DNA of 64,000 nt from an uncultured Bacillota bacterium (GTDB lineage: Bacteria; Bacillota; DTU025; MWDF01): assembly GCA_963823655.1 (NCBI GenBank), contig CAWGMK010000006.1, forward strand, positions 256,001 through 320,000. Reading direction: 5' to 3'. Shown piece by piece: positions 35,019-45,043 of this stretch; within the stretch, counting starts at the first letter, position 1; the number at the start of each line of letters is the position of its first letter. A program made the position numbers and the translations under genes. The notes under the pieces were generated by a model. It did not search any database, was not told the origin of the DNA, and was given only the letters and a program-made list of their open reading frames with translations.

Positions 35019-36683
35019 TCAATAGAACTCGCCGGGGCTGCCGGGCTTGTCCGCGGGTCCGACTATGCGCACATACGCCTCGGGCATCGCGGGCCTTACC
35101 CTCTTCATGGTGTCGGCTTCGTAGATCTGCATCATGTCATATTTCCTGAGAAGCTCGTCGAAGAGGGCCCACCAAGCGTCGCGGGCGGAAACTACGTTAT
35201 CGTTGCAGTAATCTGTAAGGAATGCCCTTGCGGCTTTGGGATCCTTCTTGAAGAGTTCAACCGCCATGGCATCTACGGCGCTCTGTTCGGCCATCCACTT
35301 GCCGGTAGTCTTGGCAATCTGCTTCTTCACGTCTACCGAAATATAGGACCACCAGTAGTCAGCGAAGGTGCTTACTGCCGATACCGCCCAGCGGAATGAC
35401 TCGCGCGTGAATACCTGATGCGAACCCGCATCCGTATTCATCGTGGGATCTACGCTGTCAACTCCTGCGTAGAAGGGGACGTAGCATGTAAGGTCGGGGT
35501 TTGTGGGTCCGTACCATACGACTCCGCCGACTTCGTCAGGAAGCCATCTGCGGCTTTGGGTAATCGTTACGTATTCGCACTGGACCTGCGCGATGCCGCG
35601 CTGCCAGCCGTAGCTCTTGTCGAGATACTTGAATCCGTTGGGGCGATAGCGCCTGGGATCGCTCCAAGGCCCTGCGGTCAGGCCCTTGGTGGTGTCGAAC
35701 TCTGTGCCCTCATAGTGGTCTGCCTTGATGTTCATGATGTCCTGGAGGGTCAGCTTGTTCTTTACCGGTACGCTGAAAGGAAGGTCCGCCTCGTTGATCT
35801 TGCCAACGAGATCGGGGTTGCACAGCGTCATTACGCGCCATATCCTGCGCTCGCAGGTCTCAACGGACGCGGTGGCGGTGAAGTGCTTCTTCCAGCTGAA
35901 AGGCACCTTAGGATCCTCTACGTACCAGCCCTTTTCGATTGCGTACTCTTTGATGCCGGGCGCGAAGAGGAAGTTCTCGGGGTCGTTGAAATTGATTACG
36001 CCGATTACAGGGATGTTCGCCGATGCGGCGACATGTCCATCCGGTACTCTCTGGGCTACCCAGAATGCGCCCGGGGCGTCGTCACCGACCTGCCACAGTG
36101 GGCCGGGGCCGATGATTTCGAATATCCAGGCTTCGTAGGGGTCAGCAACGGAAAGCTCTTCGCCGCCGTCGCTGTAGCCGTACTTCTCAGCAAGCTCTCC
36201 CATGACGAGAATGGCTTCGCGCGCAGTTGCGCCGCGCTCCATTGCCAGCATGGAGAGGTTTGTGATATCGAAGTAGCCGTTTGTGTTTGCAAGCTCGCGG
36301 CGGCCGCCTATAGTGGTCTCGCCGATGCCGACCTGCTTGTCATTCATGTAACCGAAGATCGAAGAAGTAAGATAACCGAAGGTGTGCGGCACCTGAGGTA
36401 TCTTGTTGCCGGTGGGTTTACCGGCCACTACTGTAAGCTGGTTGCCTGAAGTCATCTGAGGGATGTTGAGAACATCTACCATTGACCCCTGAGGCCAGTT
36501 CTTTGCGGGCACCTTGTAGAATTCATAGGGTGAGCTGCCGGAATCGCACGTGTGGGTAACCGATGAGAAGCCCTCCACAGTCGAGCCCGGAGGCAGGACC
36601 ACAGAAGTGCAGGCCAAAGCCCCCGTCGAGAACAGTGCGATCACTAACGCCAGCGCGGCTGCAGCAATCGTGAATCTCTTCAT
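35019..36683 (-). CDS. Secreted C69/secernin-like Ntn dipeptidase, copy A1
   Basis: ALA|CTS; near-identical to 31333-33000. Confidence 0.88.
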   Translation of the reverse strand: MKRFTIAAAALALVIALFSTGALACTSVVLPPGSTVEGFSSVTHTCDSGSSPYEFYKVPAKNWPQGSMVDVLNIPQMTSGNQLTVVAGKPTGNKIPQVPHTFGYLTSSIFGYMNDKQVGIGETTIGGRRELANTNGYFDITNLSMLAMERGATAREAILVMGELAEKYGYSDGGEELSVADPYEAWIFEIIGPGPLWQVGDDAPGAFWVAQRVPDGHVAASANIPVIGVINFNDPENFLFAPGIKEYAIEKGWYVEDPKVPFSWKKHFTATASVETCERRIWRVMTLCNPDLVGKINEADLPFSVPVKNKLTLQDIMNIKADHYEGTEFDTTKGLTAGPWSDPRRYRPNGFKYLDKSYGWQRGIAQVQCEYVTITQSRRWLPDEVGGVVWYGPTNPDLTCYVPFYAGVDSVDPTMNTDAGSHQVFTRESFRWAVSAVSTFADYWWSYISVDVKKQIAKTTGKWMAEQSAVDAMAVELFKKDPKAARAFLTDYCNDNVVSARDAWWALFDELLRKYDMMQIYEADTMKRVRPAMPEAYVRIVGPADKPGSPGEFY

Positions 36684-36837
36684 CGAGTCATTACCTCCTA
36701 CTTAACAAGATAGGAATTGATTGCTCTAAGACTTTTCCCTCCCTCTTCAATTCTTGGCATGATGGTCAGGTATATATATACCCGAAATCATTATACAGCA
36801 AAGTTTGCCATAATGTCTTTTAGCAGTATGAATTAAG

Positions 36838-36874
36838 ACAAAAAAATATGGGGCCCGTTTTTCAGGCCCCATAG
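36838..36874 (-). terminator. Intrinsic terminator after peptidase C
   Basis: TATGGGGCC/GGCCCCATA stem with a U-tract on the minus strand. Confidence 0.75.
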
Positions 36875-36909
36875 AAGGATATATATGCGTTTGTGCGATA
36901 AGTATTAAG

Positions 36910-38584
36910 CTATTGGAGCGGATAGATGACGGCAGGATCCTTGCTTTCGACTACTTTGCGCAGCCATGCCTCAGGGTAGCTTGCGCTGGTTTTCTTACCG
37001 GTCTGCTCGTTGAACACGAAGCCTGCGTCATATTTGAACATCAGCTTGTCCAATAACTGCCACCAGGCTGCCGTTACAGCCTCTACATTGGCATTTGCGT
37101 AATCCGTAAGCATCTTTATCCCGGCGGCCTTATCCTTTGCCATGGCGTCCAGGATCGTTTTCTCTATGGCGGGTTGCAGCAACAGGGCATTGCCCTCGTA
37201 CTTGTCGATTACAGCCATTACGTCCTTGCTCATCAGGGACCACTTCAAGTCGCAATATGTGCTGACTGAAGAGATCGCCCATCTGAAGGATGTACGGGTG
37301 AAGTTCGAGTGCGCGCCTGCAGTCGGCCCGCTAACCGTCGGTGAAAGGACTGTCATTGCGGGATAGAGGGGGACGTGGCAGGTAAGGTCGGGGTTTGAAG
37401 GGCCAAACCAAATGCAGCCGAGCTCATCCGGTACGGACGCGCGGCTCTGCGTGACGAGCGAGTATTCGGTCTGGACCTGGGAGATGCCCCTCTGCCAGGA
37501 GTATGATTTGCCATCGACTTTGAAGGATGCGCCGCGGTACCTTCTGGGATCGCTCCAAGGGCCTGCGCTCAATCCCACCGTCATATCGAATGCGGTGCCT
37601 TCGTAGTGGTCCCTGTGAAGGTCCATAACGTCGCGGACTTCAAGTTTCGCTGGCGACAGGTACCGAGAAGGGCAGGTTTTTCTCGTCAAGGGTCTTGCCC
37701 AGCTCGGGGTTCACCAGACTGAATATGCGCCAGATCCTGCGGCCCGAGTATTCGGCCCTCTGGGAGTTGGTGAAATGGACCCTCCAGCTGAAGGGAAGCC
37801 CTGCTTTGGGATCATACCAGCCATTCAGGACTGCGAAGTCCACGATGCCGGGGGAGCACATGAAACCTGGCTGATTGTCCAGCTCAAGAGCGTCGATAGT
37901 TGACGCATTGCAAGTGGCTGAGATATGTCCGTCGGGCACTCTCTTGGCCACCCAATAGGCGCCGGGCTCTGCGCTTCCCTGCTGCCATAGCGGGCCGGCT
38001 CCTACGATTTCGAATGTCCAGGCTTCAGTCTCGTCGCCTACTGCGAGCATCTCGCCGCCTTCGTTGTAGCCGTACTTCACCGCAAGGCTGCCCATCACCT
38101 GTATGGCCTCCCTTGCCGTTGAAGCGCGTTGCATCGCCAGGATGGAGAGGTTCTGTATGTTGAGCCAGCCGTTGGGGCTTCTAAGCTGGGATCTGCCGCC
38201 GAATGTGGATTCGCCGATTCCAACCTGCTTGTCGTTCATAAGCCCGAAGCTGCCGCTCATGATGTAGGCATTGGTCTTTTCAACCTGGGGGATTATGTGC
38301 CCCGAGCCCTGGCCCTGGTTGCTCTTGGGGTCGCTGAACTGCACGTTGGACAGCATTTGCAGCATTACGGGAATTTCGTAATTGCTGCCTGCTGCGTATG
38401 TCTTTGCATCTACCTTGTATAGTTCCCAGGGCGCGCCGCCCGCATCGCATGTGTGCGTGACGGAAGTGCTTGCCGACGCTGAGCTCGATGCCGGCAGCAA
38501 GATCGAGGTGCATGCCAGGGAAATGGATGCGGAGGCCAACACTATTAACAGAGCTACTGCAAGGATCGCTGATCTTCTTTTCAT
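36910..38584 (-). CDS. Secreted C69-like dipeptidase, divergent copy C; one frameshift near 37660
   Basis: ORFs 37640-38584 and 36910-37689 join at LPFSVP; SLA|CTS, MNDKQVGIGEST, DHYEGT. Confidence 0.85.
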
Positions 38585-38619
38585 TTCTCTTCCTCCTTTG
38601 TAATTGTGATTCTGCTTGA

Positions 38620-38651
38620 ATAAAAAATAAGCCCGGCCTCACGCCGGGTTC
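38620..38651 (-). terminator. Terminator/attenuator hairpin directly upstream of peptidase C
   Basis: Minus strand reads ACCCGGC-GTGAG-GCCGGGC-TTATTTTTT. Confidence 0.8.
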
Positions 38652-38683
38652 CCACCTATATCGGGCCACTACAGGGGGGTTAT

Positions 38684-38851
38684 TCAACTGTAAGGTGCAT
38701 AGGCGTAAAAGTAGGCAAAGCCGCTAAAGATGAAGGCGAATACATAATGGAAGAAGAGGCCATGATTGCTCATGGCCCCTTCAAGGAAACTGTGCTTCTG
38801 AACGGGTGCGGCCGCAATAACGTTATTAATGCCTATTGTCAACGTCATCAT
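38684..38851 (-). CDS. 55-aa Phe/Tyr-rich small ORF, candidate attenuator leader peptide
   Basis: AAGGAGGT SD; ends FFHYVFAFIFSGFAYFYAYAPYS; followed by a terminator. Confidence 0.6.
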   Translation of the reverse strand: MMTLTIGINNVIAAAPVQKHSFLEGAMSNHGLFFHYVFAFIFSGFAYFYAYAPYS

Positions 38852-38915
38852 AGCTGCACCTCCTTCATTGCTTGAATATAGATTACATACTCTGTGGCAG
38901 TTGGTCAATAATTAT

Positions 38916-40091
38916 TTACATTTCCTCGATTACTGCACCTTCTGCCTCGGGATCCATAAAGTATTCTTTCAGGCCATTCGCCATGATTTCCTCATAGGTA
39001 GGAGCAGTAAAGCTTATCGCCTTGTCCTCATAAGAATACGACCACTCCTCCAGAACTAGCATGGCGGTGGTGAAATGGCGGCCGACCCTCTGATCCATGG
39101 TCTTTCCTTCTTCGGGATCGTAGGGGCAGAACAGAAGTCCAAGGTCGCCGAGCTTGCCCAGGAACTCATCCTTGCCGTCGAGCAGCAGCTTCTCGGTCTT
39201 GGGGCCGGTGGGCTGGTCTAGGAACGGCTCCGGCGCTTCGAAGAGGAAGGGGTATACATTCTCTAAGCCCGTTTCGGAGTCACCGACTTCCCTGTGCGAG
39301 AAGCCCCTTGCAAGCTGCGGAGAGCGGAAGGTAATGATCTCGAACGGGGCTGATAACAGCGCGAACGATGCTATGTTCATGCTCTTGTCCGGGGCAACTA
39401 TGCAGTTGGTGACCGGGTAGAAGAGCTCAGCTTCGTGCATGTCGATAACAATATCCAGCCCTTCCTGCTCGACCAGCTGCATAACAGCGTATGCCGCCTG
39501 CTCCGTCAGGTTGCCGTTGGGGTTTCCGGGGAAGCAGCGGTTGATATTCCTGGCCTCAACATAGGACTGCGACTGGCCGGTAGGGTAGTGGAACTGGATT
39601 TCCGGATCCGGCCACTGGTCCACGGCCGAAGTGTTCCTGTCGCCCATGCGGAACTTCCTGGGGCCGAAGTTGGTCTCGATGTTGAAATAGAGGGGGAAGC
39701 CTCCTGAAGCCTGGGTCGTAGTAGACCCGCTGCGGTTGACGTGCGGGATGATGATGACCTTCCCCTTGGTGACTTGCATGCTTTCAATTGCCACAACCGA
39801 CGCTACGACGCCGGAAGGTTCACAGGCGTGCGCTCCGCCGAACATCAGGACTCCGCCTCCGGGCTCGCTGCCCTCAAGCACGAAGACCTTGGTGTCCATG
39901 GCGGTACCTTTAATCTTATCGAAGTAATCGGAAAGCATCTTGACTTCCGTTACTCCGGGACCTCTTACGACTACTTCCTTGTAATGCCTCTGGGCGTACA
40001 AACTGCCACCGCCAAATGCGATGACTATGATGGCCGCAAGGGCGAGTATCACTTTTACTGTACTGAACTTACGCATTTCAAAGCCCTCCAT
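38916..40091 (-). CDS. Exported succinylglutamate desuccinylase/aspartoacylase-family (M14-like) deacylase
   Basis: GGAHACEPSG, NINRCFPG and DMHE zinc/substrate motifs; N-terminal hydrophobic segment. Confidence 0.82.
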   Translation of the reverse strand: MEGFEMRKFSTVKVILALAAIIVIAFGGGSLYAQRHYKEVVVRGPGVTEVKMLSDYFDKIKGTAMDTKVFVLEGSEPGGGVLMFGGAHACEPSGVVASVVAIESMQVTKGKVIIIPHVNRSGSTTTQASGGFPLYFNIETNFGPRKFRMGDRNTSAVDQWPDPEIQFHYPTGQSQSYVEARNINRCFPGNPNGNLTEQAAYAVMQLVEQEGLDIVIDMHEAELFYPVTNCIVAPDKSMNIASFALLSAPFEIITFRSPQLARGFSHREVGDSETGLENVYPFLFEAPEPFLDQPTGPKTEKLLLDGKDEFLGKLGDLGLLFCPYDPEEGKTMDQRVGRHFTTAMLVLEEWSYSYEDKAISFTAPTYEEIMANGLKEYFMDPEAEGAVIEEM

Positions 40092-40097
40092 TTCGGC

Positions 40098-40253
40098 CTA
40101 TTTGAACCTCAATAACCTTAGTAAAAGGGGAACGAGAATTACCATATACATGGCCGAATCCTGCAGTTTCTTGGATTTCAGGAAGTTGTTTATTATCAGT
40201 GCCACCAGGACTGCGGCCATAAGGTAGTAGATCGAGTTGATTATCATGTTCAT
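40098..40253 (-). CDS. 51-aa two-helix small membrane protein
   Basis: AGGAGG SD; MNMIINSIYYLMAAVLVALIINNFLKSKKLQDSAMYMVILVPLLLRLLRFK fills the operon gap. Confidence 0.7.
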   Translation of the reverse strand: MNMIINSIYYLMAAVLVALIINNFLKSKKLQDSAMYMVILVPLLLRLLRFK

Positions 40254-40274
40254 GTCTGAAGACCTCCTAGCTTT

Positions 40275-41601
40275 CTAGCCCCAAATCGGCCAGTTCACTA
40301 TTTCGCCGCCGAAATAGATGAGAACGAAAGCGACTGCCGTAACGAAAATCCACGGGACAATCGACCTCTTCAGGAACTGCCCGTAGGAACCCTGGTAGTT
40401 CACCGTCTGTTTCGTCATGCGGAAGATTATCGCCGTCGGAGGCAGCGCGTCGCCTAATGCCCACAGAAGGGACAGGCCCGCTATGACAAGCGGCAGTGCC
40501 TGATTGTAGCCGCGCGAGGAAAGCGTCCATACAAGCGGTATGCCAATTACGGCAGCGCCGCCGAAGCCAAGGATGCCCTCTGTTAGCGGGTTAACGACTA
40601 TCAGGCTTATTAGCATGTATTCTATCGGCAATGCGATGATCGCGAATGACACAAGGCCTCTGACGCCCGTGACGGAAAGTATCTGGATGAAGATGCCCAC
40701 GACTATCATTGTCGTCATAAGAGGCAACAGCTGTGATAGAGTGCTTTCTGCCAGCTTGAGGATATTGATCTTCGCGCTCTTAGGCGCGCAGAGCAGTGCA
40801 ACGACGTGCGCTGATAAGGAACACCAGAGGCAGCCCCAGCGTGGGTATTACGAATTTCACCAGCCTGGGTGCCATGAACAATACTACTAGCACTGCAAAA
40901 GGTATGGCCAGCCTTAAAGCATTCATGCCGTGAGGTACTTTGGGCAGCTCTTCTGCGTCGCTTTGCTCGGCCGTTTTTCTAAGCCCAAGCCATAGGGACA
41001 CGAAAAGGCCGCATGCAAGTACCGGCCATAGAAGCGGTAGCTCGAAGCCGACGTAAGGTACGCCGGTGCCGCCGCAAATCAGCATCGCCCAGATCGATAC
41101 GGGCGGGCAAACGGCCGCAAGGCCGGCCAGGAAGAATATCATGGCTGCTATCCTGTCCTTGGATACGCCGATTTTAGACAGGACGAGAGCTGCCGTGGAG
41201 CCTGCCACGAGCACTGAAACGCTGCCGGCGCCCGTTATCGCGCCCGGTATGAGCATCAATACCATGATGAGCAGCAATGCCAACGGCCTGAATTTCGAAA
41301 CGCTCAAAATCCCCTTTGCCATCAGCGTGAGTCCGCCCGACTCTTTAATGATGTTCATGAAGAATGTCGCGAAGAAGAAGATCAGAATCAGGTCTATGTA
41401 GGTAGCTGATCCTTCCGCTATATGCCTTAATGGCAACAGCAGCTCCAAGCGGTTAACATCCGGCAGGATTATCCCCCCCAGGATGGATGCCGCAATGGCG
41501 GCCACGAACATGCTCAGCTCAACGCTCAGCTTGAACTTCATGTTCGCAAGCACGTAGACTGCCACTAAGACCGCAAGGATTATCAAAGTCAAAGTGAACA
41601 T
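40275..41601 (-). CDS. DctM-like/IT-superfamily transporter permease; frameshift near 40810
   Basis: Two consecutive hydrophobic ORFs with AVCPP and GDALPPTA helical-hairpin-type motifs. Confidence 0.75.
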
Positions 41602-41636
41602 GCAAAATACCCCTTTCGCGGTCGGCATTGAGTTAG

Positions 41637-41684
41637 GAAAATGGCCCGGAGATACTTAATTGCGGGGAATCTCCGGGCCACCTA
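41637..41684 (-). terminator. Intra-operon hairpin between DUF6305 and the permease
   Basis: TGGCCCGGAGAT/ATCTCCGGGCCA stem with a short U-tract. Confidence 0.6.
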
Positions 41685-41696
41685 TTTATTAGTCTC

Positions 41697-42374
41697 TTAC
41701 TTTACGCCGAATACTTCTTTGAGGATGTTGATTTTGTCATTGGTCGCCTTCGGCAATACTATTAGAGGGATGTTGCCCTTCTTGGCGATTTCTGTGAACC
41801 TGCCGTCCAGGTTTGACTGTTCCTCTACGATGAGGCCGTTCATTTTGGGCGCTACTGCGTCGATGATCTGCTCGAATTCGGAGCCCGGTTTGCCCCTCAT
41901 GGGCTGGCCTTCAATGTGCATGCCGATCATCTTGACCTTGTTTTTGACGCAGAAATCGATAAGGCCGTTTATCCTCTTCAGCTCATCTGACAGAGTCAAG
42001 CCGGATGCGCCCATCCCCTTGAGGCTATATCCGATTACGAATACCAGGGACTTGTAGGGAGTGCCCTTGGGGGCGGTGGAGTTGAGCCTTACGTAAGCGT
42101 CTCCGTCTCCGCCGTCTTCCTTGCTCTTCATTGTTGATAGCCCGACTCCTGAAGCCATATCCTTTGCATCAGGGATATCCGACCAGTCAAACGGTATCTT
42201 TCCCCTCTGCATAAGGGCCTCAACGGTGAAGATTCCTCCGCTCTGGCCGGCGGTATGCATCAGGACAGGCAGTTCCGCCGTGAACGGGACTGCTGCGTAT
42301 GCTGCTGGTACGTACATTGCGAAAGCCAATGCTACGACTGCGAGCACAACTAGTACGCGGTTCATTCTCGACAT
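41697..42374 (-). CDS. DUF6305-like secreted protein
   Basis: Signal peptide AYA; TAGQS, GYSLKGMGASG, MHIEG..RG and N.DG.FT motifs. Confidence 0.7.
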   Translation of the reverse strand: MSRMNRVLVVLAVVALAFAMYVPAAYAAVPFTAELPVLMHTAGQSGGIFTVEALMQRGKIPFDWSDIPDAKDMASGVGLSTMKSKEDGGDGDAYVRLNSTAPKGTPYKSLVFVIGYSLKGMGASGLTLSDELKRINGLIDFCVKNKVKMIGMHIEGQPMRGKPGSEFEQIIDAVAPKMNGLIVEEQSNLDGRFTEIAKKGNIPLIVLPKATNDKINILKEVFGVK

Positions 42375-42579
42375 TTTTCTTCCTCCTTATATTAAAGTAG
42401 ATACACAACAGAACTAAGGATTTTAACTGTTCAATTCGTTTTTATACCCTAATTCGAAAGTAGTCAATGAAAATTCGCATATACATACATCAATATCCAG
42501 ACAGTATACGAATATTCATCGCTCTATACATGTAAGACGCACTATACGAGCCCATTGTTCGAACCAATTGTTCTAATTC

Positions 42580-43657
42580 TTACTTGGTTACCAGGCTGTC
42601 AGGCATCATGATGGCGCGGATTAGCTTATCCAGCTGGTCAGACTCTGCTTCCATGCCCAGTTGCAGCGTGAGCTCCTCCAGCCTTTCCAGAAGGGAAAGG
42701 TTGGTAACGTCAGCGACTTCGACCGCTTTCCTGACCTCTTCGCTTGCGGCATCGGTATCTTCCAGTTCTATAAGCAGCTTTGCCTTTGCCATATATACGA
42801 AAGTATTCTTGGCATCTTTCTTAATGGCGCTTTCGAAGTACTTCTCCATATTCTTCGTGTCGCCCAGCTTTGCGTACACCTTGGCAATGCTAACGTCGAT
42901 ATATGGGTCGTTTGGCTCCGATTTTATTGCCTTCTTATAGAAATTGATGGCGTCCTCATACTTCTCCTCGGCGAAAGCTTTCCTGCCAAGCACCCTCTTG
43001 TCGAATATTTTTATATCTGAGGCTGCCTTAAGGCCTTCGAACCAGGCCTTGGAGACATTTATCTCGTTGTCGATCTCAAGAGTGGTCCTAATAAAGTCCT
43101 TTGCCTCTTCGTATACCAGGCTGGGAGAAGTCTTCAACCCTCTCGTTGTATTCGGCAAGGACCTGATCTTCCGTGACCTCGGGGATAACCCATTGTGTCA
43201 GCGGATAGTTGTCGACAGTGTAAATATCTTCCATATATTTTCTGAAGGATTCTTCCGTAAAACCCCAAGAAGATAGGAATGCTTCCCAGACAGCCTGAGA
43301 ACCGGCTTGCTCGATTTGAGCCTTCAAGGATGCATCGATCTCAGCCGGGTCTGCCTTATAGCCCTTCTTGGCCGCATCGTTGAGCACTATCTTCTGCTCT
43401 ACGAGGACGTCCATAACCGATACCCTGAGATCATCAAGGTTATCGTCCGTTATCTGCTGAGTCCCGCCAATCTGCTCATAGTAGTTCTTGATTTCCCTCT
43501 CAAGCTCAAAAAGATAGATCTGACTGCCGTCGATATCGGCAACTACCGTCATACCGGGATCCTTCTGGCTGTCCAGAATGATGAAAGCCAGGATGCCGGC
43601 CACAATTACAAATAGCGCTATCCAGCGGAAGTACCGGAATTTCGAAGTTTTGGCCAC
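42580..43657 (-). CDS. Membrane-anchored SurA N-terminal-like domain plus TPR repeats; frameshift near 43110
   Basis: TM segment, VADIDGSQI and LVEQKIVLNDA (SurA_N-like), then TPR helices YEDAINFYKKAIKSEPND. Confidence 0.65.
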
Positions 43658-43939
43658 TGTCTTACCTCCATGATGTGTGTTTTCGCCCATTACATGCCAT
43701 AACTCAACTTGCCCGCGTAAACAGGCAGATGACAACCTCATGAGCGTTAGTAGTATAATAATACCATCGTTAAAGGGTACCTGTTGAATTATGTTAAGGA
43801 CAAGAGCAAAATATCTGCACGTGAATCGGCGGCGAGAATTTCGGAAAACTCAGGCTCATATCTATCGAGAAGATACTTTGCAGGAACCCAACCTGACCTG
43901 TTTGACGTTTAAAGACCAAATGAACGATTCGGAGGCAAA

Positions 43940-45024
43940 ATGGCAAAAAGGTTTCTATTATTAGTATTTCTTACTGCTTGCGATGTCTTTGCCTTTCAGC
44001 TCAACCGCATCCGCACGGGAGGGCTGGACGATTGGTTTCGAAGCGCTAGTTGATCACAGCTTGCTTCCGGGAGGAGGCATTGCCATAGCGACTGGCAACA
44101 AGGTCGTGTCTTTGGACAAGAATGGCAACAAGCAATGGGAATGGCAGGCGGCAGGGCCGATCAGGCAAATAACATCGGATGATACAGGCAATGTGTTCGC
44201 AGCGTTCGGGACTGCAGCTAGTTAAGCTGGACGGCAATGGCAGAATAGTGTGGTCTGCGGATACAATGCATGCGGTATATTCGTTAGAGTATGCTTCCGG
44301 AGGGATAGTCGCTGCAGGATATGAGTATGGTGTGCTGGCCTTCGATGAAAGCGGCGAAAATATCTGGGAGCATTACGCAAACGAGGAGTGCGACACCTGA
44401 CAACCCAAGATACCGGGGCCGGTCAGGCTCCTTCATTACTTGGGTACATACAGGCTGTCTGATATTGGGCGAGGTTTTTGAGGTCGGAAGCGCTGACAGG
44501 ACAGACGGAATTGACTATATAAATATTGTAGACATCAGGGATGGATGGACGGACCAGCAGTTCGAAGCCGTAAAGCCCTTCGAGATAAGGGCGGTTGAGG
44601 TGCTTGGCCCTGAGAGCATACTGGCGGCCGTCGACTATTCGGGGCTAGTCAGATGGAATACACAGGATATGTACGGAACCGACTGGGCATATAAGATGGC
44701 GCCGCCGAAATACATAAGCAGCGGCCCGACTGACAGGGCGCTGACTGTGGATTTCAATGGTTCGTTCAATTGTGCTGATGGATACTAAAAACGGTCTGCC
44801 GGTGATATCCGGCAAGCTGGCGTGAGCCTGCGATAGGAAAGCCCGTATGGAATGACGGATACTATTACATACCGATAGAAGGGGCCGTTATCGGTCTGGA
44901 CCTGAAATTGTCGAAATCATTCAGGATGGATGCAAAGGGTATCGAGGTAGCCGCCGAGATTGCGTTTGGCGAGGATGGCCTTTATGTAATGGACACGGAC
45001 ACACTGATTAAGATATCTCTATAA
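43940..45024 (+). CDS. Secreted PQQ-like beta-propeller protein with an in-frame CDT-UGA (possible Sec); several frameshifts
   Basis: GGAGG SD; repeats LDKNGNKQWEW, LDGNGRIVWS, FDESGENIWEH; fragments continue to ...LIKISL stop. Confidence 0.55.
44398..44446 (+). promoter_or_regulatory. Candidate bacterial SECIS element after the UGA
   Basis: Outer ACCCAAG/CTTGGGT stem, inner GGGGCC/GGCTCC stem, GGTCA loop starting 21 nt after the TGA. Confidence 0.5.
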
Positions 45025-45043
45025 AAGAACACGGGGGAAAAAC

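Noticed and set aside
32920-36620. Lipoprotein lipoboxes (LAC) in the peptidases
   Set aside because: The -3 residue is A/T/S rather than L/V/I, and the Cys matches the Ntn nucleophile position
38640-38665. T-box-like GGTGGGAACC before the terminator upstream of peptidase C
   Set aside because: Imperfect UGGNACC and no recognisable Stem I or specifier loop upstream; the leader-peptide model fits better
29541-41684. Shared AAATGGCCCGG arm in two hairpins as a REP/MITE family
   Set aside because: Only two short instances with unrelated loops; explained as terminators
43883-43912. ECF-sigma-like promoter GGAAC...CGTT upstream of the propeller gene
   Set aside because: The 18-nt spacer is longer than typical and there is no cognate sigma in the window; unsupported
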